Shown here in pieces: positions 1 through 8,860 of a stretch of 64,000 nt of DNA. The DNA is taken from the NCBI GenBank assembly GCA_046301955.1, contig JBKCJE010000013.1, positions 334 to 64,333 of the forward strand, read 5' to 3'. The stretch is from Bacteroidota bacterium (GTDB lineage Bacteria > Bacteroidota > Bacteroidia > NS11-12g > UBA955). The stretch's first letter is position 1. Each line of letters begins with the position of its first letter. The position numbers and the translations under genes were made by a program. The notes under the pieces are model-generated. The model was given only the letters and a program-made list of their open reading frames with translations. It was not told where the DNA came from and ran no database searches.

Positions 1-4
1 AGAA

Positions 5-613
5 GTGAAAATGGAGAAGCGTTATTCGGCCAAAGCCGATGCTTCAGTCATGGCAACCTTCAACACAAATATGCTTGATACCAATGTATGGAAAGCGGAT
101 CCTAAAGGAACGTATTCTTTGGCTACAGCAACGGTAAAAACGGTGAAAGCTGCAGATGCTGAGACGGATTCAATGGTAGCCTTGACAACGAATACTATTG
201 TAGCTGCTGATACTGCCAAGCACGAATGCACAGATTCTTGTATGAGCAGTGGTAATTGTCCGATGCACAACAAAGTGGCTGCTGCACCAGTGATGGGAAA
301 TATCTCGGTGTTTCATTTGAAGGTAATTAAGTCGAACAATAAGTATTTCGACCGTGCTTTGTTATTGAATGATACAACGTTGATCACCCATGATTCTGTG
401 GATGTAGTGACAAATATTGATGGTGTGAAGAAGGCCACAAAGGAGGAGCGTTTGCAGACTTGGAATTTGAAGCCTGAGAAGCCTACTTTCTTTGTAAAGA
501 TTGAGACATTGTATGATTTCTTTATGTTGTTCGTATTTATGGCGGGTGCTGCCTCATTGGTATTGTTCTTCTTGAGCGCGCGTTTGTTGAAGATGATGAA
601 TGGTGTAAGATAA
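5..613 (+). CDS. Hypothetical tail-anchored membrane protein; the 5' end may lie outside the window because the frame is open back to base 2
   Basis: Long ORF with GTG at 5 and no upstream in-frame stop. It has a C-terminal hydrophobic helix (FFMLFVFMAGAASLVLFFL) and a His/Cys/Met cluster HECTDSCMSSGNCPMH. A strong hairpin terminator follows. Confidence 0.45.
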   Translation: MKMEKRYSAKADASVMATFNTNMLDTNVWKADPKGTYSLATATVKTVKAADAETDSMVALTTNTIVAADTAKHECTDSCMSSGNCPMHNKVAAAPVMGNISVFHLKVIKSNNKYFDRALLLNDTTLITHDSVDVVTNIDGVKKATKEERLQTWNLKPEKPTFFVKIETLYDFFMLFVFMAGAASLVLFFLSARLLKMMNGVR

Positions 614-630
614 TTTGACTAGCAAGTTGC

Positions 631-662
631 GCAAAAAGGCGGCCCAGAGGCCGCCTTTTTGC
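631..662. terminator. Bidirectional intrinsic terminator between convergent genes
   Basis: Perfect 14-bp stem gcaaaaaggcggcc / ggccgcctttttgc with loop caga. A-run and T-run flanks give a U-tract on either strand. It lies between the stop at 613 (+) and the stop at 690 (-). Confidence 0.8.
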
Positions 663-689
663 GTTTATACCGCGTAGGATGAATGTAAT

Positions 690-1943
690 TTAAAGAGACT
701 TAAGCAAATCACCCACCACAAAAGTGCTTCCGCCCACGTAAATGATGTCTTTGATGCTTGCTGAGGCCAATGCGGCTTCATATGCGAGCAATACGGTATT
801 GAAGTGATTTCCGTGTAGTTGGAGTGTTTTGGCTTCGTCAGCGAGCGCCTGTGCGTCAAATCCACGAAACACATCTGGCTTGCAGAAATAATACGAGGCA
901 TCCCGCGGTAACAAACGAAGGATCTTTTCTCGATCCTTATCGCTAACCATCCCCCAAACCATATGCAACTTGGCATCTGGTTGCTCTTTGCGCAGTTGTG
1001 AAATTTGTCCCATCGTAAATTGAACCCCAGGTTCGTTGTGGGCCGTGTCTGCAACCGCAAAAGGCGACTCATTCAACACTTCCCAGCGACCCCTTAATCC
1101 AGAGAGTGATCGAATATTCAACAATCCATCCAATACCTTGGAACGCTTGATGGGTATCCACAAATCTTTCAATGCTTCTAATGCACATGTAAAGGTTTGT
1201 AAATTTTCTTTTTGATAATCACCATGTAGCGGGATGGCTTTTGCAAAACCTATATCTACAGGCCAATCGCGGTAAATCTTGGCTTGTTTTTCCTGAGCAA
1301 TGGCAAGAATCTCTGCCAGAGGTTCATCGAGCATGGGCCCAATGGCAACAGGCGTCCTGTGTTTGATTATACCTGCTTTTTCCCTTGCGATGGCTTCCAA
1401 AGTATCACCCAATAAATCCATGTGGTCCCAACCAATATTGGTAATCACAGAGAGAATGGGAGAGATGACGTTCGTACTATCAATCCGCCCACCCAAACCC
1501 ACTTCAATAACGCCATAATCCACATTCTCTTGGGCAAAATGATAAAAAGCCAACGCCACCGTAATTTCGAAAAAACTGGGCTGAATATCGATAATGGCAT
1601 CGTGAATGAGCTCCAAGAAATCCAATACCGTGGATTCCGGGATACAAACACCATCAATGCGAATACGTTCACGAAAATCCACCAAATGGGGCGATGTGTA
1701 TAAGCCTGTTTTGTATCCATGGGCCGATAAAGTGGCCGCCAACATACTGCTCACGGAGCCTTTCCCATTGGTTCCGGCAACATGAATCCACTTTTTACCC
1801 AAATGAGGATTGTCTAATCGCTCCAAAAGCCCAATGGTGTTGGTTAAATCAGCTTTGAATGCGGCCTTTCCAATGTTCTGAAACATCGGCAGCTGTTTGT
1901 ACATGAAGTCTAACGCTTCTTGGTAAGAGGCGAACCCCGACAT
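690..1943 (-). CDS. folC: Folylpolyglutamate synthase / dihydrofolate synthase (Mur ligase family)
   Basis: P-loop HVAGTNGKGS and overall FolC-like sequence. ATG at 1943 (MSGFASYQEALDFMY) lies 2 nt after the upstream gene's stop codon (1946-1948), so the longer ORF-track start at 1994 was rejected. Confidence 0.85.
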   Translation of the reverse strand: MSGFASYQEALDFMYKQLPMFQNIGKAAFKADLTNTIGLLERLDNPHLGKKWIHVAGTNGKGSVSSMLAATLSAHGYKTGLYTSPHLVDFRERIRIDGVCIPESTVLDFLELIHDAIIDIQPSFFEITVALAFYHFAQENVDYGVIEVGLGGRIDSTNVISPILSVITNIGWDHMDLLGDTLEAIAREKAGIIKHRTPVAIGPMLDEPLAEILAIAQEKQAKIYRDWPVDIGFAKAIPLHGDYQKENLQTFTCALEALKDLWIPIKRSKVLDGLLNIRSLSGLRGRWEVLNESPFAVADTAHNEPGVQFTMGQISQLRKEQPDAKLHMVWGMVSDKDREKILRLLPRDASYYFCKPDVFRGFDAQALADEAKTLQLHGNHFNTVLLAYEAALASASIKDIIYVGGSTFVVGDLLKSL

Positions 1944-1945
1944 AA

Positions 1946-2782
1946 TTAATAAGTTTTCTTGACGTCCAAAGTCACCAACGCACTTTCTCCACAACCTTCG
2001 CCATTTTTTTCAAAATGCGACCGCTTGAGGAAGCTGTTGAAGGTCGACATCATATCCGCATCTGACCCATTCCAGGTGGTACCACTCACAGTCCATTCTA
2101 TCACATTCCATTTTCCATCGCAGGCGACACGGACCCGTGCGATGATTTTACCAAAGGCATCCGTGCTAGGATTGTCATAATCGGAAGACATTGTATACTT
2201 GGTGAATTTTGAACTAAAATTCGCACCGCCTTTGCTTCCGGTCACTCGGTCACCGTAATTTCCCGTAACGCCTCCATTGTTTCCTCCTTTGCCAGAACCT
2301 GTGCTACCAATGCCATTCTTGACACCATTGGGATCACCAGCACCGCCCGTTCCATTGCGTTTGCCAATCTTCGTAAAGTCCACCTTGATTTTTGGGTTGT
2401 CACTCGGCGGACGATCTGAACTTGGAGGATCAATAGGGGGAAGGCTAGGTGTTTCAGGCTGGGCTTCACTGGTTACTACCGGACCTACACCGCCACTTTG
2501 GGGTTGATTGCTTGCTGGTCCCTGAGAAGGATCGCCACCCAATTTCGGAGCAGTAGGTGATGGACCGCCATCCGTTGGTCGGCCAGCACTCGTCTCTTCA
2601 ACCATACCAAAATCCAAAATCAATGAACCTTTCTTGTTTTCAAAAGGAGGGTTGGGTATGGAGATGTGAACAAACCACAACATACCTAAAATGATGGCAG
2701 ATGCAGTTAAGCTAATCGCCCAAGAAACAACGCGTTGATTCGTTGTTGTGGTGAGGTTTTCTTCAATTTGATAATGCGCCAT
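1946..2782 (-). CDS. TonB-family energy-transducer-like protein (N-terminal TM anchor, Pro/Gly-rich linker, small C-terminal domain)
   Basis: TM helix VVSWAISLTASAIILGMLWFV, a long P/G/S-rich linker (PTDGGPSPTAPKLGGDPSQGPASNQPQSGG... PPIDPPSSDRPPSDNP) and a C-terminal mixed alpha/beta-looking ~80 aa. No exbBD is visible in the window. Confidence 0.5.
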   Translation of the reverse strand: MAHYQIEENLTTTTNQRVVSWAISLTASAIILGMLWFVHISIPNPPFENKKGSLILDFGMVEETSAGRPTDGGPSPTAPKLGGDPSQGPASNQPQSGGVGPVVTSEAQPETPSLPPIDPPSSDRPPSDNPKIKVDFTKIGKRNGTGGAGDPNGVKNGIGSTGSGKGGNNGGVTGNYGDRVTGSKGGANFSSKFTKYTMSSDYDNPSTDAFGKIIARVRVACDGKWNVIEWTVSGTTWNGSDADMMSTFNSFLKRSHFEKNGEGCGESALVTLDVKKTY

Positions 2783-2783
2783 G

Positions 2784-3932
2784 TTATTTCCATTCTAACG
2801 CCACATCCGATACGGATAATGTGCCAGTGGGCATATTTTTTATCGATTCAGCAAAATGCGATGCTTGGGTTTCGTCGTTGAACTTGCCCAAAACCACCTT
2901 GTTTAAACTACTTCGTTTAACGGGAACTACACAAGCGTCAATACCCATTTTTTGCCACAACAAACATTCCCTTTTTGCCAATTCCAACGTAATGTATGAT
3001 CCACCCGTTACTGTGTATTTGCCTTTCATGTCCTTCAAGGCTTGAAGAGTTGACTCTATGCCTTCAATACCCACCCCAAAGTCAATATTGTGAGAGATGC
3101 TGCTGTCGCTCTTAGCCACTTCAGCGATGCTATGAACTTCTGCTGCCTTTGTTTGCTTGAGTGGCGCATTCATCGCTTGTGATTGCGTGTCTTGTGGCAT
3201 CAAACTCGCGAGGTCTTGGCCTGAACTAACCGACCAAATCTGTGCCATGGTCATCAATATACCCGCACCGATGCTTATGATAGCGAAGGAAGCCGCGGCA
3301 CGCCAAAGCAGTGGTTGTGTACGCTTGGTTATCGTAAACTCACTGTGATGTTCATCGTTCTTTTCTTCGATCGGTGATTCAATCTCAATGCCGGATGGAA
3401 TTGTTTCAACAGCCGAAACTATGGCTGCGGGTTCCAGGAGTATTGGTTTTTCTGTGGATGCAACAGATTGCGCAGGAACATTGGTTATTGGTTGTGGAAT
3501 GGTTGATTGTTTCCACTGCCAATGAATTACGGGCAATCCGTAACTTGATAAACTCAAATTTAGATTCACATCAGCCAAGAAGAACAATTCGCCAGATGGA
3601 TTTTTATGAAACCCACCCAGTGGATTCATCTTGTAAGAACCGCCATGCCGACAAGTTTGATCTATTTCGTGTGCAAAATCAATCAATAATTGACCAGCTT
3701 GTTTGAAAGAATAGCCAAATTGTTCTTTGAGCGCATTGGCCACAAATCCGTCGTCTTCGATGATGTCAGCGTTGAAGTACACACTGTACGAAGCTGGTTT
3801 TATTTGACCTGAAAAGGGATTTGCAATGCCAAAATTCTTTCTCAGGATAAATGCCCCAAATCCAGGAACCACAGCACACTCATGCTCATGAAGAACATGT
3901 GTTATTGCCAATATCACTGGTTGAGGATTCAT
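2784..3932 (-). CDS. HU-like (HU-CCDC81 type) N-terminal domain / central TM / C-terminal SPOR domain protein
   Basis: The N-terminus (VVPGFGAFILRKNFGIANPFSGQIKPASYSVYFN) is typical of the bacterial HU-CCDC81 domain. The C-terminus (YTVTGGSYITLELAKRECLLWQKMGIDACVVPV...VVLGKFNDETQASHF) is SPOR-like. The stop is 1 nt from the next gene's start. Confidence 0.65.
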   Translation of the reverse strand: MNPQPVILAITHVLHEHECAVVPGFGAFILRKNFGIANPFSGQIKPASYSVYFNADIIEDDGFVANALKEQFGYSFKQAGQLLIDFAHEIDQTCRHGGSYKMNPLGGFHKNPSGELFFLADVNLNLSLSSYGLPVIHWQWKQSTIPQPITNVPAQSVASTEKPILLEPAAIVSAVETIPSGIEIESPIEEKNDEHHSEFTITKRTQPLLWRAAASFAIISIGAGILMTMAQIWSVSSGQDLASLMPQDTQSQAMNAPLKQTKAAEVHSIAEVAKSDSSISHNIDFGVGIEGIESTLQALKDMKGKYTVTGGSYITLELAKRECLLWQKMGIDACVVPVKRSSLNKVVLGKFNDETQASHFAESIKNMPTGTLSVSDVALEWK

Positions 3933-3961
3933 ACTACAATATTACGCCTTTTTTACAAAAC

Positions 3962-5677
3962 TTAGAGGATCGATATGGCGAGGCCGCCCATCAGTGTTAG
4001 GCCGTAGTTGCGATATCCATACCATTGCTGATATTGGTTGTTTAAAAGATTGCTTCCTTGAACCCAGATGCGTCCTTTACCAGAGAGGCGATAATCGATG
4101 CGTGCGTGTAAATCGAAGAACCCTGGCATCTCAGTAGTTTGTGGCTTACCCATGACATACACTTGGTTTCTGCGTTTGCTCATCCCGTCAAAACCCGCAT
4201 TCAATTCGATGTTTTTACCGAGGTTGTAGTTCGCATTTAAACTGTAGGTAAGACCGGGTAAGTGCCAAGCATGGGCATTTCCATCAACAGTGTAATTGGT
4301 AACTTTGGCGTGTGCACTCACTTTCAACTGTTCACCAATGTGGTACTTTACGAATGTCCGGAAATACACACTGCTCAAATTGTTGGTGTAAATCATCTGC
4401 AAACTACCCATGCTGTCATTGAACTCTCCACCGCCCATCGATCTCTTCTCTATGTTAGATACAACCAATCCATAATCGGCACTGCTGTTGCCCCCCATGT
4501 CCAAAGCGAATTCTGCGTTTTGGGTTATTTTGCCTTTGATTCCTAAAAACAAATTGAATTCGTCATATGTGTTCTTTACCGAAATAGAATCGCCAAAGAA
4601 AGGCATCGTTGCATTGAGTCTTCTGAAGCTATTCTTTTTCAAACCACCGTCTAAACCGCCGTAAATATTGAGGTTGAGTCCAGTCAAGGTCTTTTCAAAG
4701 TTCAAATAAGGATTGATTTTGAAATTATTTTCACTTGGCATGGAATCCAAGGTTGATACATTGTAGGTTGTAATAGCACCCACCTTCAAGTTGAGTTTGG
4801 TAGGAGCGTGGGTGAATTGAACGTAGGGAAATATATCCACGAACAACTGCTTATTTTGCGATTTGCCTTGGTATTTCAGCGTATCGAGCGACTGCGTCAT
4901 GTCGATATAATTGCTGCTCAAATCCAAGCCCAACCGGGTGTTTTTTACATTCTGTTTGATGTTTACGTAGCCACTCAATTCTTGTTCGTCCTGTCCCATG
5001 TTGCTTTTGAAGGATTGCGCAGCAAGTCCCGTTCTAAAACTTGGCTTCTTTCCACTACCGATGTAATCGTAGTCTACACCCAATCCGTAATTTTCAGTGA
5101 TCCGGCCGGTCGTTAAAATGCTCGCGTTCTTGTACGAAGAATCGGAAGCAAAGAAGTTTACCTTGTCGCGGTTGTAGAAAATTTTGGTTTCCAAACCACT
5201 GCTTTGGTAATATTTGGCACCTTGCAATTGGAATTTATTGGTTGAGAATTCGCGAAAGGAATTGGCGGGGTTGGCCGACAAATGCAATCCACTGAAGTTG
5301 TAGCTGTAATTGGCGCTGGGTTTACTGCTTATGTACAATTCGCCCAAGGCATGTCCGAAGTTACCGCCACCGATACGGGCATAATTGCTCAGATACACAG
5401 AGTCAGATACACGATCTTTTAATTTCTCAGGTTGCACTGGACGCGTAATCTTACGGGTATTCCAAGCAAATTCTGGCGTTTCAAACTTGACGTTGAGCTT
5501 TGGATTTTCGGACCGCGGTACGATGGGATCTAACAGCAATTTGGATGCTGGCATCAATTTGGGTTCGAATTTCGTGGTTACTTGTTTGGAGGAATTGTCG
5601 ATTCCGCCTCTGCCAGGCTGGGCACTCAAAGTTGAAGCCAAGCCAAGGATTGCGCCTAATACAATTGCACTTTTCAT
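3962..5677 (-). CDS. Outer-membrane beta-barrel protein (porin / plug-less TonB-dependent-receptor-like barrel)
   Basis: Signal peptide MKSAIVLGAILGLASTLSAQ from the ATG at 5677. The sequence has alternating amphipathic strands rich in Y/G/N/S throughout and an aromatic-rich C-terminal region. Start at 5698 (MDIF...) is also possible. Confidence 0.55.
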   Translation of the reverse strand: MKSAIVLGAILGLASTLSAQPGRGGIDNSSKQVTTKFEPKLMPASKLLLDPIVPRSENPKLNVKFETPEFAWNTRKITRPVQPEKLKDRVSDSVYLSNYARIGGGNFGHALGELYISSKPSANYSYNFSGLHLSANPANSFREFSTNKFQLQGAKYYQSSGLETKIFYNRDKVNFFASDSSYKNASILTTGRITENYGLGVDYDYIGSGKKPSFRTGLAAQSFKSNMGQDEQELSGYVNIKQNVKNTRLGLDLSSNYIDMTQSLDTLKYQGKSQNKQLFVDIFPYVQFTHAPTKLNLKVGAITTYNVSTLDSMPSENNFKINPYLNFEKTLTGLNLNIYGGLDGGLKKNSFRRLNATMPFFGDSISVKNTYDEFNLFLGIKGKITQNAEFALDMGGNSSADYGLVVSNIEKRSMGGGEFNDSMGSLQMIYTNNLSSVYFRTFVKYHIGEQLKVSAHAKVTNYTVDGNAHAWHLPGLTYSLNANYNLGKNIELNAGFDGMSKRRNQVYVMGKPQTTEMPGFFDLHARIDYRLSGKGRIWVQGSNLLNNQYQQWYGYRNYGLTLMGGLAISIL

Positions 5678-5826
5678 GTATGTTACAAATATGTCCATTT
5701 CCAAATTGGGGTTAACCACCATTTTCTGCACTGTCTAATAAAAGAAACGAAAAAAGACCATCTTTCATATTTCTTGATTTTTATGATAAAATTCCAAGAA
5801 TAGTTGTTGTGTTCACTGAATTTTGC

Positions 5827-5834
5827 TATCTTTG
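5827..5834 (+). promoter_or_regulatory. Bacteroidota -7 box TATCTTTG for rplU-rpmA
   Basis: Exact match to TAnnTTTG, 18 nt upstream of the rplU ATG. Confidence 0.55.
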
Positions 5835-5852
5835 CAGCCCAAATCACGGATT

Positions 5853-6161
5853 ATGTACGCCATTGTTGAAATAGCCGGAAGGCAATACAGGGTAGAAGAG
5901 AACAAGCATCTTGTTGTCAATCGCCTTCAAGCAGAAGCAGGCTCTACCATTGAGTTTAATAAAGTTTTATTGGTAGGCGGAGAGAAAATCAAAGTAGGAG
6001 CACCCACAGTTGCTGGAGCATCAGTTACCGCCACGGTAAAGGAGCACGGTAAGGGTGACAAAGTACTGGTTTTTAAGAAGAAGCGCAGAAAAGGTTACCA
6101 AAAAATGAACGGTTTTCGTCATTATTTGACATTGTTGAAAATAGAAAGCATCAAATCTTAA
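5853..6161 (+). CDS. rplU: 50S ribosomal protein L21
   Basis: MYAIVEIAGRQYRVEE... is the canonical L21 N-terminus. The TTG at 5823 in the ORF track was rejected because it precedes the -7 box. Confidence 0.95.
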   Translation: MYAIVEIAGRQYRVEENKHLVVNRLQAEAGSTIEFNKVLLVGGEKIKVGAPTVAGASVTATVKEHGKGDKVLVFKKKRRKGYQKMNGFRHYLTLLKIESIKS

Positions 6162-6174
6162 TTAGTAAAACGTC

Positions 6175-6432
6175 ATGGCACACAAAAAAGGTGCGGGTAG
6201 CACAAAAAACGGTAGAGAATCACACAGTAAACGCCTTGGAGTTAAAATCTTTGGTGGTCAGGCGGTGAAAGCAGGTAATATCATCGTACGTCAGCGTGGA
6301 ACTAAACACCATGCAGATGTAAACGTAGGTATTGGAAAAGATCACACTTTGTTTGCATTGGCAGATGGTGTTGTTGTTTTCCGCAAAGGAAGAGAAGGTA
6401 GAAGCTATGTTTCTGTAGCAGGACAAGCTTGA
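6175..6432 (+). CDS. rpmA: 50S ribosomal protein L27
   Basis: [24 protein letters not shown] is the canonical L27 sequence. Confidence 0.95.
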   Translation: MAHKKGAGSTKNGRESHSKRLGVKIFGGQAVKAGNIIVRQRGTKHHADVNVGIGKDHTLFALADGVVVFRKGREGRSYVSVAGQA

Positions 6433-6454
6433 TATTATAAAAATTTTTAAGTTT

Positions 6455-6485
6455 AAAGGGGAAGGCAACTTCCCCTTTTTATTTT
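6455..6485 (+). terminator. Intrinsic terminator of rplU-rpmA
   Basis: 10-bp stem aaaggggaag / cttccccttt, loop gcaa, followed by a T-run. Confidence 0.8.
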
Positions 6486-6487
6486 TG
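6480..6487 (+). promoter_or_regulatory. -7 box TATTTTTG for the thioesterase gene
   Basis: Exact TAnnTTTG, 8 nt upstream of the ATG at 6496. It overlaps the T-tract of the preceding terminator. Confidence 0.45.
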
Positions 6488-6495
6488 TACCCACT

Positions 6496-7014
6496 ATGAC
6501 ATCTCTCGCACCCAAAACACCTTCCCATTCGTTCACATTGATGAATGAACTCGTACTTCCCAACGATACCAATACCTTGAACAATCTTATGGGGGGGCGT
6601 TTATTGCATTGGATGGACATCTGCGCCGCCATTGCCGCACAAAAACACAGTAACAATATCGTTGTTACGGCCGCTGTTGATAGTGTATCATTTAAAGAAA
6701 GCATCAGATTGGGTGATGTTGTAACGCTTAAGGCCTATGTTACCCGTGCTTTTAATTCAAGCATGGAAGTGTTTATTGAAGTCTTTGCAGAAAATCTCCC
6801 CAAAGGTGAGCGCCTAAAATCCAATGAGGCCTATTATACATTCGTGGCTTTGGATTCACGCCACCGTCCGGTGGCTGTTCCTCCGCTTGAGCCGGAAACA
6901 GAGATTGAGCATGAAAAATATGCGGGTGCTCTGCGACGTAGGCAAGTGCGATTGATCCTCGCTGGCAAAATGAAGCCAGAAGACGCACAGGAACTCAAAA
7001 ACTTATTCTTATAA
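6496..7014 (+). CDS. Acyl-CoA thioesterase (hotdog fold, YciA/Acot-like)
   Basis: LPNDTNTLNNLMGGRLLHWMDICAAIAAQKH...VTAAVDSVSFKESIRLGDVV is typical of acyl-CoA thioester hydrolases. Confidence 0.8.
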   Translation: MTSLAPKTPSHSFTLMNELVLPNDTNTLNNLMGGRLLHWMDICAAIAAQKHSNNIVVTAAVDSVSFKESIRLGDVVTLKAYVTRAFNSSMEVFIEVFAENLPKGERLKSNEAYYTFVALDSRHRPVAVPPLEPETEIEHEKYAGALRRRQVRLILAGKMKPEDAQELKNLFL

Positions 7015-7962
7015 CTACTTGATCAATCCGATTTCTCGCAATCGCTGAATCAAGAATTCCATCGCGCTGCAATCCTCATACTTTTTTGGGGATTCCTCAC
7101 TGATACACTGAGGCAAACAGTCTAAACGAACCTCAGGCCTCGGATGTAAGAAAAAAGGAATGCTGTATCGCGGCGTTCCCCAAAGTTCTTGTGGAGGATT
7201 TACCACGCGATGGGTGGTACTCTTCAGTTGATCATTGGTTAATCGTTGTAGCATATCGCCCACATTTACAACAATGTGATCTTCCACTTCAGTAACACCA
7301 ATCCAATCGCCATTTTTATTGAGCACTTCTAATCCATCTGCACTGGCTCCCACCAACAGTGTGATGAGATTGATATCTTCGTGTTCACCTGCGCGAATGG
7401 CATCCTTGGGGTCACCTGTAATGGGAGGGTAGTGAATGGCGCGCAGTATACTGTTTCCATATCGTACTTTGTCATCAAAATAATTCTCATCCAAAGCCAA
7501 ATGCAACGCTATCGCACGCAATATTTGAATCCCAGTTTCTTCCAATGCTTTGTAAATGGTTTCACCCGCTTTATTGAAAGAAGGCAACTCCGCAACCACT
7601 TTGTTTGCGGGATAACTTGGAACTTCTACTGTAGCTCCCTCCGTGTACTGACCAAAATGCCAAAATTCTTTGAGATCACCCGCATTCCGGTTCTTGGCAT
7701 GTTCTTTACCGAAACCTGTATAGCCCCGCTGTCCGCCACCCATACTATCGTCGTACTGCATTTTTACTCTTTCCGACAAATCAAAGAAGTTCTTAACTTC
7801 ACGATAAAGGTCGGTTAGAACCTCATTGGGAATACCATGATTGCGAATAGCTACAAAACCGATGTGTTCGTAGGCGTATCCCAGCTCATTGACAAAGTTG
7901 TGCTTCTGTGAATCAGAGCCATGGGTAAAATGCGATAAGTCCAGTTTGGGTATTGACTGCAT
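7015..7962 (-). CDS. 2-oxoglutarate/Fe(II)-dependent oxygenase (isopenicillin N synthase-like family)
   Basis: HxD...H facial triad context (GEHEDINLITLL ... STTHRVVNP) and an N-terminal DIOX_N-like region. Confidence 0.75.
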   Translation of the reverse strand: MQSIPKLDLSHFTHGSDSQKHNFVNELGYAYEHIGFVAIRNHGIPNEVLTDLYREVKNFFDLSERVKMQYDDSMGGGQRGYTGFGKEHAKNRNAGDLKEFWHFGQYTEGATVEVPSYPANKVVAELPSFNKAGETIYKALEETGIQILRAIALHLALDENYFDDKVRYGNSILRAIHYPPITGDPKDAIRAGEHEDINLITLLVGASADGLEVLNKNGDWIGVTEVEDHIVVNVGDMLQRLTNDQLKSTTHRVVNPPQELWGTPRYSIPFFLHPRPEVRLDCLPQCISEESPKKYEDCSAMEFLIQRLREIGLIK

Positions 7963-7996
7963 AATGCGAAATTAATCAATCTCGCGCAGTTTGTTG

Positions 7997-8230
7997 TTAA
8001 ATGGAATGGTAAAGCTTTGAGTCGCTTTCTTCCAGAATAATTGACAATGTTGTGGGGGCAGGGGAGATCATGAGGCGATCAAAGTCAGAAGTAGCCTCGT
8101 ACAATTCATTCAAATAGTTCGACCAATCCGGGTTCTCAGCAATGTTGGCTTGGATAAAAGCAACAGTGTCAGCTTCCGCTTCACCATAAAAATACAACAA
8201 TAAATCTGAGTGGGATAGTGGTTTTGCCAT
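7997..8230 (-). CDS. Small acidic hypothetical protein downstream of the ECF sigma gene (possible soluble anti-sigma-like partner)
   Basis: ATG at 8230 (MAKPLSHSDLLLYFYGEAEADTVAFIQANIAENPDW...). There is no TM helix and no Cys. A -7 box lies 17 nt upstream. Confidence 0.45.
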   Translation of the reverse strand: MAKPLSHSDLLLYFYGEAEADTVAFIQANIAENPDWSNYLNELYEATSDFDRLMISPAPTTLSIILEESDSKLYHSI

Positions 8231-8247
8231 ATTGTTCGCTTTAACAA

Positions 8248-8255
8248 CAAACATA
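8248..8255 (-). promoter_or_regulatory. -7 box (TATGTTTG on the minus strand) for the small ORF
   Basis: Exact TAnnTTTG in the 44-nt gap between the sigma gene stop and the ATG at 8230. Confidence 0.4.
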
Positions 8256-8274
8256 TAACGCACCCTAAATCAGA

Positions 8275-8856
8275 TTATTTTATCCGAACTACACTTTTTT
8301 GCATCTTTTTTCTCAAATTGAGAATTGCATAATGCATGCGACCAATACACGTATTGATGTTTGTTTCGGTCAATGCCGCGATTTCTTTGAAACTCAAATC
8401 AGCGTACTGACGTAAAATTAACACTTCACGCTGGTCTTCGGGGAGCTCCCAAATCCATTGTTTGAGAATTTCAATTTCGTCTTTAGCAACACGCTGGTCC
8501 TCTTGACTGCTTACGCTAATGCCCATGGCATCAAATACATCCCTGCCATCTGTATCAACAACAACTGGCATGCGCTTGCGAGAGCGAATGGAATCAATGC
8601 TCATGTTACGGGCTATACGCAAAGCCCATGGAAGGAACTTATCCTCGTGGTTGTACTTTCCGTGTTGAATACTGTGAATAACCTTAATGAACGTTTCCTG
8701 GAAAATGTCTTCTGCCAAGTAGCGATCACCCACAAGCAAGTAAATGCTCGAGAGAATCCGAGTTCTATGGCGTTTTAGAAGTGTTTCAAATGCTGCGTTG
8801 TTACCGTCGATGTAACGTTTAATCAGCACGCCGTCTGAGATCAATGGTGTAGTCAT
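8275..8856 (-). CDS. RNA polymerase ECF-type sigma-70 family factor
   Basis: Region 2 (AEDIFQETFIKVIHSI...FLPWALRIARNMSIDSIRSRKR) and region 4 (REVLILRQYADLSFKEIAALTETNINTCIGRMHYAILNLRK) are both present. Confidence 0.85.
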   Translation of the reverse strand: MTTPLISDGVLIKRYIDGNNAAFETLLKRHRTRILSSIYLLVGDRYLAEDIFQETFIKVIHSIQHGKYNHEDKFLPWALRIARNMSIDSIRSRKRMPVVVDTDGRDVFDAMGISVSSQEDQRVAKDEIEILKQWIWELPEDQREVLILRQYADLSFKEIAALTETNINTCIGRMHYAILNLRKKMQKSVVRIK

Positions 8857-8860
8857 AATA

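Noticed and set aside
2200-2560. Gly/Pro/Ser-rich low-complexity coding stretch, considered as a collagen-like or tandem-repeat element
   Set aside because: No exact nucleotide periodicity is visible. The composition is what is expected for the periplasm-spanning linker of a TonB-family protein.
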